Origin: Macrostomum hystrix
Taxonomy: Eukaryota; Animalia; Platyhelminthes
Assembly (NCBI GenBank): GCA_950097015.1
Contig: CATNEN010000039.1
Span: 15,252,001-15,316,000 of the forward strand
DNA: 64,000 nucleotides
Reading direction: 5' to 3'
Of this stretch, positions 11,360 to 22,830 are shown in pieces (within the stretch, counting starts at the first letter, position 1; the number at the start of each line of letters is the position of its first letter). The position numbers and the translations under genes are program-made. Under the pieces are notes generated by a model. That model had not been told where the DNA came from, did no database searches, and saw only the letters and a program-made list of their open reading frames with translations.

Positions 11360-14300
11360 GAACTGTGCAAGCTGCTCCTGGACCTGCGCGTTGACGTGGC
11401 CTGTCTTCAAGAGACCCACACCGCCGAAGGAAGGGAACCACGTCTGCCGGGCTTCAATGCAGTCTGGCGCCACAGACAGAGCGGCCGGCGCTCAGGTGGC
11501 CCCACCCGCGGCGGAGGGGTCGCGATCCTTATCCGCGAGGGGCTGCGCTACGAGGTGCTGCATGAGCGGCCCTGCGCCCCCGAGGACGTCTCCACCGAGT
11601 GGGCCGGCATCCGGGTTTTCCCATCTGAGAAGACGGTCGAGAGCCTGGACATTCACTGCCTGTACGTGCCGCCCATCAGAAACGCCGAAGGCGACGACCG
11701 CGTGCAGCGTTTCAACCCCCAGTGGCTCCCGTCAGGCGCCAGCACGGTGATCCTGGGGGACCTCAACGCGCACCACCCGGCCTGGGACCCCGAATCGGAA
11801 GAGACGGACCTGGGCACGGCCGCCTTTGAATGGTCCGTTATTTCCGGCATGCGCATCCTGAATGACGGCAGCCACACCCACATGCCGCGCCGCGCCGATG
11901 CTCGGCAGACGGCGCCCGACGTCAGCCTGTGCCACAAGTCGCTCGCCAGCCGGGCTGAGTGGCAGGTGCGGAGGGACGTCGGATCGGACCACCTGCCGAT
12001 CAGCGTCATCATTCATGGCAGCCGAGGCGCAGCCAAGAGAGCGGGCGCCGCCCGGCGGGCCTGGGCCAAAGCGGACTGGGCCGGCTTCCGCGCGCAGACC
12101 GAGGAGGCCCTGGCTGGCTGGGACGCCCTACCGCCCGCGACGGCCACCGAAGCCAACCGGCTGCTGACCGAGGCCATCATGACGGCCGACAAGGCGTTCA
12201 TCCCGCGAGGGGCCCGGCCGTCCCCGAAGGCCTGGTGGACCCCGGAGGTCGAGGACGCCGTGAAGAGCCGTCGGGCCGCGCGGGCCGCCGCCGCTGCCGA
12301 TCCGAACGAGCGGCCGGCCTGGAACAAGGCCAGCGCAGACGCCAAGAAGATCATCGCCGACGCCAAGCGCGACAGCTGGAGGGCCTTCGCCGGCGAGGTG
12401 GCAGCGGACACAGACCACTCCAAGATCTGGAGAGTCGTTCGCTCCCTTGACGGCAGAAGCAAAAACCTGCAGCGGGATGCAGCGCTCCGTGTGGGCCAGA
12501 AGCTCTACGTCCGACCAAAGGACATCGCCGAGGCTTACGCCAAGGAGTACGCCGCTGTGAGCCGCCTTCCGCAAGACCGCAGGACGCGCATCCTCCGCCG
12601 CGAGAACCACCGCAGCCGCGCCGCCGCACAAGCTGACAGCCCGGAGGCAGGAGACTTTAGCAAGCAATTCTCGTCTCGCGAGCTGGACAGAGTCCTTCGC
12701 TCCCTCCCGGCCAGGAAAGCCCCAGGACCAGACGGCATCTGTGCCGAGCACCTGCAGCACCTCGGCCCCGCCGGTCGCCGGGCGGCTCTGCACGTGATCA
12801 ACCAGTCCTGGGCAAAGGGGGAGGTCCCGTCTGCGTGGCGACGCGCCCACGTCGTGCCGATCCTGAAGAAGGGCAAGCCGGCCGACGTGATTGGCTCCTA
12901 CCGGCCGATCGCCCTGACCTCCGCCATGGCCAAGCTGGCCGAGCGCCTGGTCCAAGCGCGGCTCTACTGGTGGGCCGAGTCCCGGCAGCTGCTGCACCCG
13001 GCTCAGGCCGGCTTCCGCAAGCGGCGCTGCACCGAGGACCAGATCGCCAGGCTCACCCAGCTCATCAGTGATGGTCACCAGGCCAGCCCTGCCCGGCGGA
13101 CTGTCGTCGTTCTGTTCGACTTCCGCAGGGCGTACGACACCGTCTGGAAGCAGGGCCTGCTGCACAAGCTCCACGCCGCGGGCATCCCGGCTGCCGGGGT
13201 CCGCTGGCTCAGCAGCTTCCTGGCCGACCGAAGGGCCGCCGTCAGGGTCGACGGCGCGACGAGCAGCTGGCGGCTCTTCCGCGAGGGCTTACCACAGGGG
13301 AGCGTTCTTGCCCCGCTGCTCTTCGCGCTTTTCATTAACGACCTGCCGGACCAGCTGCCGCCCGACTGCACGCCGCTCCTCTACGCGGACGACCTGGCCA
13401 TTGCAGTGCAAGGCCTGACTGTGGAGGAGGCCGAGGCGAAAGCGCAGCGGGCCATCGATGCGACGGCCGAGTGGGCAAACAAGTGGCGGCTGCAGCTGGC
13501 GCCGGAGAAGTGCGCCGCATCCCTGTTTTCCACCACCGCAGGTGAGGCCAGCCGGGAGCTGCGGCTGCAGCTGAACGACGCCCCCCTCGCGACGGACCGC
13601 CAGCCCCGGTTTCTCGGCGTCATCCTGGACCGCCTGCTGAGCTTCACCGCGCACGCCGCCAACGTCGCAGGCCGCGCCCGCGCCCGGTGCGGCGTCCTGG
13701 CCGCGCTCTCCGGTAGCAGCTGGGGCGCCAAGCAGACCGACGTGCGCCGGCTCTACACTGCCTACGTGCGGCCGGTGCTGGAGTACGCGGCCGGCGCCTG
13801 GATGCCGTCGGCCTGCAAGACGGCCATTGAGCAGCTGGACCGAGCCCAGCGCCTGTGCGCGCGCGTCATCACCGGGTGCCCTCGGAACACCAGGTCGGAG
13901 GTGCTAGAACGAGAGGCCGGCCTGCCCCCGATGGCGGTCCGCGCCGAGATGCACGCCGGCCTTCTCCTCGAGCGCGCCCTCAGGCTCCCGCCCGACAACC
14001 CGCTGCTCGCCTGCGCGGCCGCCGAGGGCCCACGCCGCCGCCTCCAGAGCGCCCGAGGCTGGCGGGAAACGGCGACCAGAGTCAGCACCGACGCGGGCCT
14101 GAGCGGCTACCCGCGCGAGCCCGTTTGCGCTGTCCCCGCGACGCCTCCCTGGGCCAACCTGGACACCGTCACCTTTGGTCTGCAGCTGTCCGCCCCCTCC
14201 TCCCGGTGCGACCCGCCTGAGGCACGGAGAGCGGCGGCTGAGCTAACGCTGGCAGGCCTGCCGCCCGCCCGCACGGCCATCTGGACCGACGGAGCGGCAA

Positions 14301-15121
14301 AGGATGGCGTCTCGGCCGGCGGCAGCGGCGCCCTGGTCGAGCCCGACACGGCACTGTGCGTCCCAGCCGGTCACGTGACGTCCAGCTTCCACGCTGAGCT
14401 GGTGGCCATCGCCGAGGCCCTCCAGTGGGTGTTGGCGGCACCGGACCCGGCCGAGCTGTCGCCGGTCCGCGTGTGCTCGGACTCCCTGAGTGCGCTGGCT
14501 GCGCTCGAGTCCGGCCCCGGCTCGACGGGCGTCACCACTGCCGATGCCATCTGGGCCAGCCTCTCCCACCTCGCAGCCGGAGGCGTCGCTGTCCACCTGC
14601 AGTGGGTCCCGGGCCACGCGGGCATCCCTGGCAACGAGGCGGTCGATGCCATTGCCAAGCGCGGCTCCGCGCTGCCGCAGGCTGAGGCCCACATCCCGCT
14701 GGCTGCGGCCCTGGCCGCCATTCGCCGCCACTGCCTTGCCCGCTGGCACCAGCTGTACCGCGCGGCGGCCGCCGACGCTGCGGGCACGAGCTCGCTGCCC
14801 TGGCACGCCGCCTGCACCTCGGGCCACCTGCCGCCTCCTCCGCCGACTGACCTCTCGCGGCGGCACGAGCGGCTGATCTGCCAGCTGCGCGCCGACCGCT
14901 GCCATGCCCTCCGGGGCTTCCAGGCCACGATTGGCGCCCCGGTGGCCCCCACCTGTCGACTCTGTGGCGAGGGCGACGAGACGGCGGCCCACGTGCTCCT
15001 CGCCTGCCCCGCCCTGACCGCCCACCGCTGCCGCCTCTGGGGCCCCTGCCCGGAGCCCGCTGCGGTCTTTGAATGCTGTGCTTCCGTGCTGGCCCTGCTT
15101 GGGAAGGCGGGCATCATCTGA
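11360..15121 (+). CDS. LINE ORF2: APE endonuclease, reverse transcriptase, RNase H, CCHC zinc finger; first residues lost
   Basis: CLQET, GDLNAH, SDHLP, KAPGPDG, GLPQGSVL, YADD, IWTDG, CSDS, WVPGHAGIPGNE.VD, CRLCGEGDETAAHVLLAC. Confidence 0.93.
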   Translation, partial: ELCKLLLDLRVDVACLQETHTAEGREPRLPGFNAVWRHRQSGRRSGGPTRGGGVAILIREGLRYEVLHERPCAPEDVSTEWAGIRVFPSEKTVESLDIHCLYVPPIRNAEGDDRVQRFNPQWLPSGASTVILGDLNAHHPAWDPESEETDLGTAAFEWSVISGMRILNDGSHTHMPRRADARQTAPDVSLCHKSLASRAEWQVRRDVGSDHLPISVIIHGSRGAAKRAGAARRAWAKADWAGFRAQTEEALAGWDALPPATATEANRLLTEAIMTADKAFIPRGARPSPKAWWTPEVEDAVKSRRAARAAAAADPNERPAWNKASADAKKIIADAKRDSWRAFAGEVAADTDHSKIWRVVRSLDGRSKNLQRDAALRVGQKLYVRPKDIAEAYAKEYAAVSRLPQDRRTRILRRENHRSRAAAQADSPEAGDFSKQFSSRELDRVLRSLPARKAPGPDGICAEHLQHLGPAGRRAALHVINQSWAKGEVPSAWRRAHVVPILKKGKPADVIGSYRPIALTSAMAKLAERLVQARLYWWAESRQLLHPAQAGFRKRRCTEDQIARLTQLISDGHQASPARRTVVVLFDFRRAYDTVWKQGLLHKLHAAGIPAAGVRWLSSFLADRRAAVRVDGATSSWRLFREGLPQGSVLAPLLFALFINDLPDQLPPDCTPLLYADDLAIAVQGLTVEEAEAKAQRAIDATAEWANKWRLQLAPEKCAASLFSTTAGEASRELRLQLNDAPLATDRQPRFLGVILDRLLSFTAHAANVAGRARARCGVLAALSGSSWGAKQTDVRRLYTAYVRPVLEYAAGAWMPSACKTAIEQLDRAQRLCARVITGCPRNTRSEVLEREAGLPPMAVRAEMHAGLLLERALRLPPDNPLLACAAAEGPRRRLQSARGWRETATRVSTDAGLSGYPREPVCAVPATPPWANLDTVTFGLQLSAPSSRCDPPEARRAAAELTLAGLPPARTAIWTDGAAKDGVSAGGSGALVEPDTALCVPAGHVTSSFHAELVAIAEALQWVLAAPDPAELSPVRVCSDSLSALAALESGPGSTGVTTADAIWASLSHLAAGGVAVHLQWVPGHAGIPGNEAVDAIAKRGSALPQAEAHIPLAAALAAIRRHCLARWHQLYRAAAADAAGTSSLPWHAACTSGHLPPPPPTDLSRRHERLICQLRADRCHALRGFQATIGAPVAPTCRLCGEGDETAAHVLLACPALTAHRCRLWGPCPEPAAVFECCASVLALLGKAGII

Positions 15122-15176
15122 TGCCCGGTGCCATGGGCCCTGGCCCGCGCACGCCCGAAGAAGAAGAAGAAGAAGA
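11360..15176 (+). mobile_element. Young 5'-truncated non-LTR retrotransposon, I group (Ingi/Nimb-like), with (GAA)n tail
   Basis: TSD AGGTGTCTTCC at 11349-11359 and 15177-15187; (GAA)n at 15157-15177; uninterrupted ORF. Confidence 0.92.
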
Positions 15177-15408
15177 AGGTGTCTTCCAGCAAGGACGAAG
15201 GGTCAAGCTGGTGGTCGGCAGGACAGGAGCTGGCTGGTGGGACGTAGCAGTTAGGGACGGGGACGGGACTGAGGAAAGGTTGGGAGGGGGCGGGGGAGGG
15301 GAGGAAAGGAAGGGGCCGAGGGGGAGGGAGGGGGAGGGGAGGAGGAAGGAGGGGGAGGCTGCGTGTGGGAGAGGGGATGGGAGGGAGGGGAGGGAGGGGG
15401 GAGGGGGG

Positions 15409-15705
15409 GACCCAATACTATTAGACACCCAATACTGTTAGACACCCAATACTGTTAGACACCCAATACTGTTAGACACCCAATACTGTTAGACCCCCAA
15501 TACTGTTAGACACCCAATACTGTTAGACACCCAATACTGTTAGACACCCAATACTGTTAGACACCCGATACTGTTAGACACCCGATACTGTTAGACACCC
15601 AATTCTGTTAGACACCCAATACTGTTAGACACTCAATACTGTTAGACACCCAATACTGTTAGACACCCAATACTGTTAGACACCCAAGACTGTTAGACAA
15701 CCAAG
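15409..15705. repeat. 17-bp minisatellite GACACCCAATACTGTTA
   Basis: Direct tandem copies, preceded by a G-rich tract at 15251-15408. Confidence 0.95.
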
Positions 15706-16727
15706 ACAAGAAATCTTATCTAAGACGGTGTCTCATGTCTCATCAATATATTTTTCCACTCTCATGCCCCTCTCATTTCTCCCCTTTACTCTTTTGTCCG
15801 TCTCACCTCTCCCCTGTGTCTTCTAAGCGTGTCTCAATGTCTTGTTGCCAAGGCCTCAATGTCCAATCTTTTTCTTTGTGCCTCTTCAGTCTTGTCAGTC
15901 GTTGCTTCCGCAGCATCGTTTTGCAAAGTGGTGGTAAGAACAGTGTGTAGACAATCCCATGAGCACGGCTCATTGTGAGGCCCCACCCAGACACTTCAAA
16001 ATCCTGTCCCTCCGCTCTCTATTATTATTCGGGTTGATTGGAACTTGAAAGTGCTTTTTCAATCACGATTCGGAATGTGCGATTCAGGATCTGCGATTTG
16101 GGATCTGAGGTCTGTCGAATGAGATAAAGGATCTCGGATGTAGGATCAGCGGCATCCCATATTGGATGTATTTTCTGGGATATGGGATCTGTGGTATAGG
16201 ATGTGGGATCTGAGGTGCGGAGGAATCTGAGAAAGAACGATTTGATGTGATTGAAGAAAAGTCACTTGTTTTCGTTAACCTGGCTCTGTCTAAAAAGCCT
16301 GTCAAATATGGGCCCATGGGAAACATTCATTCGATGCTTGTAAAGTGCAATACTTCTTTGTTAGAGAAACTCCAATAAGATAGAAAGATTTCTAATAGTA
16401 CAACAGAAAAGTTCATCTCAGAAAAGTCATGCGTGAAAAAAGCAAAGTAGAGCTGAAATTTGCCATAGACAAAAGGCGGGCACCCCTGTGTCAGCCAGCG
16501 CTGCCTTAGACCGAGCTGGCTCGCACCTGTACTTTCTGCAGCATATTGAAGGGGCAGCGGCCCGAAACGAAGAATCAAATCCAACAACTGACAACACTCG
16601 ACTCAGCATTCTGGCCGATTCTACTCAGCCGTTGCAAATCGGATCAAGAATTGACTGCAGTTCAACTGCCACCTGCCAGCTAATCGACCAAATCTAACTG
16701 GGCTATTCGGAATCGAAGCTGGCAATC

Positions 16728-17608
16728 ATGACGACTATGAAGCTGGTTATTGTTTGCGTGTTTCTTGCACTTGGAGGCATTCAGCTGGCTGATTGTATTA
16801 AATGTATCTGGTCGAAAAATGAAAGAGTATCATTTTCTGAATATAAGAATGACGATACTGCTACAGATTGTACTCCTGCCAGCGTCACCAAGTGTTTCGT
16901 GGAATATCAACCTGAAGGTTCAGCAAAATTTTTTCGTCGCGAAGTGGTGAGCAACCGAATGAATTAAACAAATTTAATTTGCATATCAATTCAAAATCAT
17001 AAAGCAACAGTTTGCCCTATAAATTTTGCCCTATGCGGAAACTTTTTTAGCTACTGAAATATGGTTGCGGTGCCTGTCCTGCTACAAAATATTGCAAAGA
17101 CTGCACGGGTGATAACTGCAATAAAGCGAGTGTATTTAACTTGATCAATGATCTAGAACGTGATCTGGTACCATGCCTTCACTACAAGAAATGGCTGCCG
17201 GATGACAATAATCCTGATCAACGCGAAGTAGTGATAGGTCCAGATGAAATTTTTTGCCCTCCATCAGAAAAGTGCTTTAAAATTGTTGTTAAAAGGTCTG
17301 TACCTCAATGGCATTTAAAAACCGCCATCGGCTGTGAAAAATGGATTACAATATTTCAATACTTGTCTTTAGAGTCTCAAAGTTATGTTTTTAGAAAATA
17401 TTTAATGCTTGAACGCTACGAATGCAGACCAAACGCAGAAAAATCAGATTGTATCCCATTAGGAATGTACACTCCGACTGCAACCCCGACTACAACCCCG
17501 ACTGCTGTGGATGCTTCGCACCAAAATTTGCTGTTCGTATCCGTAGTGCTCGGCTGCACGACGCTGCTAACGATGCTGCTTGCACAGTTTATTTGGTTTT
17601 GTTGTTGA
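16728..17608 (+). CDS. Secreted/GPI-anchored Cys-rich Ly6/LU (three-finger)-like protein; exons 16728-16946 and 17051-17608 (258 aa)
   Basis: Signal peptide; IKC..C..TKC|..GCGAC..C..CTGDNCN; second Cys module; Thr-rich stalk; hydrophobic C-terminus; phase-0 GT-AG intron joins the frames. Confidence 0.72.
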
Positions 17609-17869
17609 ATTTTTTTATTTTATTTTGAATCTTCTTTTCATTTTTTATGTACTGAATGTACTGAATGTACTGAAAGCTGTCTGAAAATGTGCTGAAAAAT
17701 CTAGGCGCCAAAAGTCTCCTCTCAATAATAACAAATAATCTCAATAACAAAAACTGACCGATTTCCGTTGCAAATCCCAAGCATGCCAGGCTTGTCATAT
17801 TTTATGACAAAATATACATATATATCTGTTCCGAATTATTTATATATATATATGAGAACACTAATCTGA

Positions 17870-18428
17870 GATTGCTCAGGTGAGATTAAGAACACTCAGA
17901 TCAAAGACTGATCAGGTGAGATTGAGAACACTCAGATCTGAGATTGATCAGGTGAGATTGAGAACACTCAGATCAAAGACTGATCAGGTGAGATTGAGAA
18001 CACTCAGATCAAAGACTGATCAGGTGAGATTAAGAACACTCAGATCTGAGATTGATCAGGTGAGATTGAGAACACTCAGATCAAAGACTGATCAGGTGAG
18101 ATTGAGAACACTCAGATCTGAGATTGATCAGGTGAGATTGAGAACACTCAAATCAAAGACTGATCAGGTGAGATTGAGAACACTCAAATCAAAGACTGAT
18201 CAGGTGAGATTGAGAACACTCAGATCAAAGACTGATCAGGTGAGATTAAGAACACTCAGATCAAAGACTGATCAGGTGAGATTGAGAACACTCAAATCAA
18301 AGACTGATCAGGTGAGATTGAGAACACTCAAATCAAAGACTGATCAGGTGAGATTGAGAACACTCAAATCAAAGACTGATCAGGTGAGATTGAGAACACT
18401 CAAATCAAAGACTCATAAGGTGAGATGG
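17870..18428. repeat. 36-bp minisatellite GTGAGATTGAGAACACTCAAATCAAAGACTGATCAG
   Basis: Direct tandem copies; the same unit recurs at 37053-37155. Confidence 0.95.
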
Positions 18429-18754
18429 AGAATCACATAATAGAATATGAAAAATGAAATTTAAGTTTCAATAAAATTTAAATTTAGGTCGGCTCGCTTA
18501 AAAAACAGGAGTCTGACCACAGTGCCGCCATGCCTGTGAGCCCGGTGAAACAGGGTGTACAGGTGCGGATTAAGCCTGTATCGCTGTCGAACGACCCGAA
18601 CCATTTGTTGGACACACTGGGGACACACCTGCTGATACACAGCCGGGTCCTGATCCTGCGGTGTTGTAGGTCAAGTCTTTGACATTACTATCAGCTGCTT
18701 GGCAAAATAGCTGCCGCGTGTGTTGTAAATACGGTGGAAACCTACTAAAGGAGC

Positions 18755-18925
18755 TAATACGCCTGTTACTTTGACAGCTAGTACACCTGTTACTTTGACA
18801 GCTAATACACCTGTTACTTTGACAGCTAGTACACCTGTTACTTTGACAGCTAATACACCTGTTACTTTGACAGCTAATACACCTGTTACTTTGACAGCTA
18901 ATACACCTTTTACTTTGACAGCTAC
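18755..18925. repeat. 24-bp minisatellite CACCTGTTACTTTGACAGCTAATA
   Basis: Direct tandem copies; the same unit recurs at 37482-37680 and 38405-38470. Confidence 0.9.
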
Positions 18926-19689
18926 CGTATTTCGCGTAAATACGGTGGAAACCTACTAAAGGAGCTAATAATTGCCGGGATAATTCGACCGGCTGACGAT
19001 CGGTTTCCGACGGCCTGGCGCTGATTGGCTCAGGGCCCGTCGAGTCGCCGACTCCATGGCGTAGCCGTAGAGACTGTGGACATTGTAGTGCAACTGCTGC
19101 TGCTGCCTAACCCAGACGTCACTATCCAGTGTGTGCTGAGCGTACATGCAGATTGATTTGTCTGACAGTTGGGCAATTTTTGAGTCGCGCTCCGAGTCCC
19201 AAAAATATGCGGCGCCTTTTAATGGAAATTTCGTTCTTGGAATTTTTAATCGGCGAAATTCAAAAGCGACGACTTAAGAAAATCAGCGATTCAAATATGC
19301 TCACTAGGCCTGTACGGCGGCATCTCAAGCAATGAGCTGTTGTCGCACTTCAGACTCCAGTAGGGCGTCTCATGCTCCGGCCAATTCCACGGCTTCTTCT
19401 CGTTTGTACCAAAGTTGGCCGGCTCGTTCATGTCCTGGGCGGAGGGAGAAAGAATAAATTTTATTGTAATTTTGAATCTGAACTTGTTTATCGTAACTTG
19501 CTACTTAGAAGTAGCTTATGCGCTAACCAGCCAGATTCCGTCAAATGGCACGCCACCGCTCTGGTGCTCCTGAATTAGCTGGGTCCAGTACTCCACCGAG
19601 GAGTTCTTGAAGAAGTCGACGAAAGCAACTTTTCCACTGGGCCACACCTGAAAATAAATAGAATTTTACTCACGAGCATTGGCGCAGTA

Positions 19690-20575
19690 ACGGAAGAAAG
19701 TTACTGAAGGTTTAAAAGCAAAGGAAAATATCGATGTTATGGAAGACTTAAAATAATCGAGAAAAAGCAACGTAAACCATAAAGTAACGGAATCTATGAC
19801 AGTAACAAAATACTTCAAGCAACGGAGGATTTCAGAGTAACAGAAGACTGAAGACAACTATAAGAAGATATCATGGTACCTAAAATATGAAAAATAAAGG
19901 AATACATAGAAGTAACTGACGACATCAAAGTAACGCCATCAAAGCAACGAAAATAAAATAAAGAAAAAACTACAATAAAATACATAAAAAATAACGGAAG
20001 AAAAAATAGGGCAGAATGGATCAAAGTAACGAAATTCATCAGAGCAACAAAAGGAATTAAAAAATATTAAAAAACCAAAAAATAACAGAATACAAAAAAG
20101 GAACGGAAGACATTAAAGTAACGGTAGGCCAAAAAGTAACGGAAGGAATTAAAGTAACGGTATGCATCTGAGTAACGAAAGGCATCAAAGTAGCAGAAGG
20201 AATAAAAAACGGAAGTAATCAAATTAACGGAAGGCATCAAATTAATGGATGGCATCAAAGTAACGAAATGCAACAAAGTAACGAAATGAATTAAAGTAAC
20301 GAAAGGCATCAAAGTAACGGAAGGCATCAAATAAATTAAAAGAAAAAAATTACAAAACACACAAAAGAACCAGAACACGAAACGGAACAGGAGACATCAA
20401 AGTAACGGAAGGTATCTAAGGAACGGATGGCTTCAAAGTAACAGAAAGCCGTCAAAGTACCAGAAGGCATCACAGTAACGAAAGGAATCAAAATAACGGA
20501 AGGAATCTAATAAACGGATGGCACCAAATTAACGGAAGGCATCAAAGTAACGGAAGGCATCAAAGTAACGGAAAC
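19690..20575. repeat. Degenerate ~18-bp A-rich repeat AAGTAACGGAAGGCATCA in a GH31 intron
   Basis: Recurring AAAGTAACG words. Confidence 0.8.
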
Positions 20576-21876
20576 TTTTTAAAGTTAATGTAGCGCAACG
20601 TTCCCTAAAGTAGGTAACGAAATGCGTTAAGTAATACTCACGTAACCCAGCAGCACAGTGTCGTTAAGAAAGTCGAAATCCCCCGGCGGCATTTCGTCAG
20701 CCGATCGCCAACGCACAAAAGTGTCCATTTGGCGGCCTAACTCGAAGGGCCGATAGCCGGTAGAGTTGATGACAACCACCGGATTCTTCGAATGCGAATG
20801 AAGTGGAGAAAGAATGTCAACTTGAAGCTTGTAACGTTTTAAGGCTAAAATCCATCTTTTCCATTAATCTCCTCTCTCACTTCCCAATCCCCTCGCACTT
20901 CTATGGCTGGAGTAACCTTGGGGTTAGTGAGTGAACATAGGAGCCTATGTAAATGCATTGATGTGCTCTGCCGCAGGGAAAGCCATGGAAATCCCATGGA
21001 GGTCAGAAAGAAAATATGGCTTTTTATAAAAAAGCAACCAATTTGTTCAAATTCTAGCCCGTCCCAGTTTTACAAGACACAACACTGCAGCAATAATATA
21101 GGCGGGTTGGACTTAGAAGGTAGTGAATCTGCTTCCGATGTCTGGGTATTTAAACTATGGTAATGGGAATACATGGACCTATGCTTTCGGAAAGCTGCTT
21201 TCTGATGAGGAATGCGTGCATAGAGAAAAGTAAAAATCTAATTAATTTACCACTGAAATCTTTCATTAAGGAGCTGTGCAGGAAACAATTGATAAGTTCA
21301 TTGTTAACTAGAAGTTAATCAGTGTCGGCTTTTGGGTTTCTGTCTGCAAATGCCTGACAAATTAAAATCAAACATTTAATAGATTATCGAAACACCATAT
21401 ACGAGCGTAGAGAGCTATAGAGAACAATATCTTGAATGCCACAGTAAGATAAATATGTGGTTTTGTGGTAAAAGTGCCGGCGCACTTGATTTGCAATAGT
21501 CCCATTCCATGCGGATCAATATTCGCGAGGTTGTTTTTGTTTGTACCAAAACACCGCGGGAACAGTTATCAGTTTCTTATCAGCTAATTTCGCCCACAAA
21601 ACTCAGTAACAATCGGTTGCTGGGCCAATTCACTGCATGAACAAAGCAGTTTGTGCGATGTGTGACTGGCTACCTGGTAATATTAATAATTTTCTGACCC
21701 TCTGTATGGCATAACAGTGTACACATTCCAAACAAAATGTGAAAAAAAAACAAAGCTGTAAACATAGCCGCTATGTGTTCTGCAAGATAAGGGGATGGGA
21801 ATAGATATAAAGAGATTAAACTGGACTTGAAAATTTGAAATTTTCACAAGAGGCACTTTGAATAAATGTTAAGTCC

Positions 21877-22830
21877 ATGAAAGCTATGAGTCGTCCCCGG
21901 TGCCCATCCTACGTTCATGAAGTGTGTGCCACCTGCAACACTAGTATGCTCGGTGGACTTAAGCATCATGTTGTGAAACAAGGCTGCAATGTCACCCGAT
22001 GGCTACTATGTCACCAATGTCAGTCGGTTGAGCTCTTTACTGTTAGAGGCCAAATAAAGCGGCATAAAAATCATGCTACTGTTAACTGGAGCTCTGCTGA
22101 GGATCGCGAGCGGGCGCGCATTACTGCTCTGGAAGTGGCGCATCAAGAGGAAGGCAAAAAGGCGGCAGAGCCGGAGAGCTCATTGAGTCAAGTAATAGCT
22201 AATTTATGCGGTCGAGTCACCAGCACTGGCGCTCGGCTCAACGCCCAGCCTACTGCTGCTGCTGCTGATGCTGCTGCTATAGACATCGGCACTCCCTCTC
22301 TGCCCGGCACCGCTACTGCAACAGCAGATTCTTCGACCCCTGGCGTTCTTTCAGCAGCCGCTGCAGCTGCTGATGCTGATGCTGCTGTTGCTGCTTCTGC
22401 TGCTGCTGCTGCTCTACTTGACGGCGATGTCGGAGCTCCCCTGCTTGACGCTGACACTCCTAACTTCGAGCTGCCTGAGCTGGACACCGCATTTTTCGAG
22501 AACCTTGATGAGCACGAAGTAATCGAACAGCAGCAGCTGCAGCAGCAACATGCAATCCCTGTTTCCGGGAAAAATATGGAGCGTGCCAGGATGCTAGCAG
22601 AAGTCAGTCTGTCTGACGTGATCCGCGACCTTGAGTCGGGTCCTGTGCCTCCACCACCACCACCAACACCACCACCACCGACTGAGGTTCAGCCTGCGGC
22701 CGCGACCGCTAATGAAGCACTGCAGCAGCCGGCACCCATCTGCATCCAGCTGGTTCTGCCTAGCAGTGTTAACGGTGAATATTGGATTGGCTTGGGGGGG
22801 ACTTTCCGAATTCGCCTGAGCAACTCTTAA
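21877..22830 (+). CDS. Polinton ORF: two N-terminal Cys/His zinc-finger-like motifs plus an Ala-, acidic- and Pro-rich region; function unknown
   Basis: CATC..HH..C and CHQC..H..H; FELPELDTAFFENLDEHE; TATA-like GATATAAA near 21804. Confidence 0.65.
   Translation: MKAMSRPRCPSYVHEVCATCNTSMLGGLKHHVVKQGCNVTRWLLCHQCQSVELFTVRGQIKRHKNHATVNWSSAEDRERARITALEVAHQEEGKKAAEPESSLSQVIANLCGRVTSTGARLNAQPTAAAADAAAIDIGTPSLPGTATATADSSTPGVLSAAAAAADADAAVAASAAAAALLDGDVGAPLLDADTPNFELPELDTAFFENLDEHEVIEQQQLQQQHAIPVSGKNMERARMLAEVSLSDVIRDLESGPVPPPPPPTPPPPTEVQPAAATANEALQQPAPICIQLVLPSSVNGEYWIGLGGTFRIRLSNS

Larger units (their letters stand above)
18498..20785 (-). pseudogene. GH31 alpha-glucosidase internal fragment; exons 20785-20642, 19647-19528, 19434-19305, 19215-~18970, 18655-18498
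   Basis: YRPFELG..LLGY|VWP..FDGIWL|DMNEP (nucleophile)..|DKSICM..HYNVHSLYG..SRSNYPG, then DQDPA..LYTLFHRAH..GGTVVR; the WLGDN acid/base segment is missing and the last donor reads GCGAGC. Confidence 0.85.

Noticed and set aside
11391-15192. Many antisense and alternate-frame ORFs over the LINE
   Set aside because: GC-rich shadow ORFs of the single real ORF2
17870-18428. 36-bp repeats as a CRISPR array
   Set aside because: Head-to-tail units with no unique spacers, eukaryotic context, no cas genes
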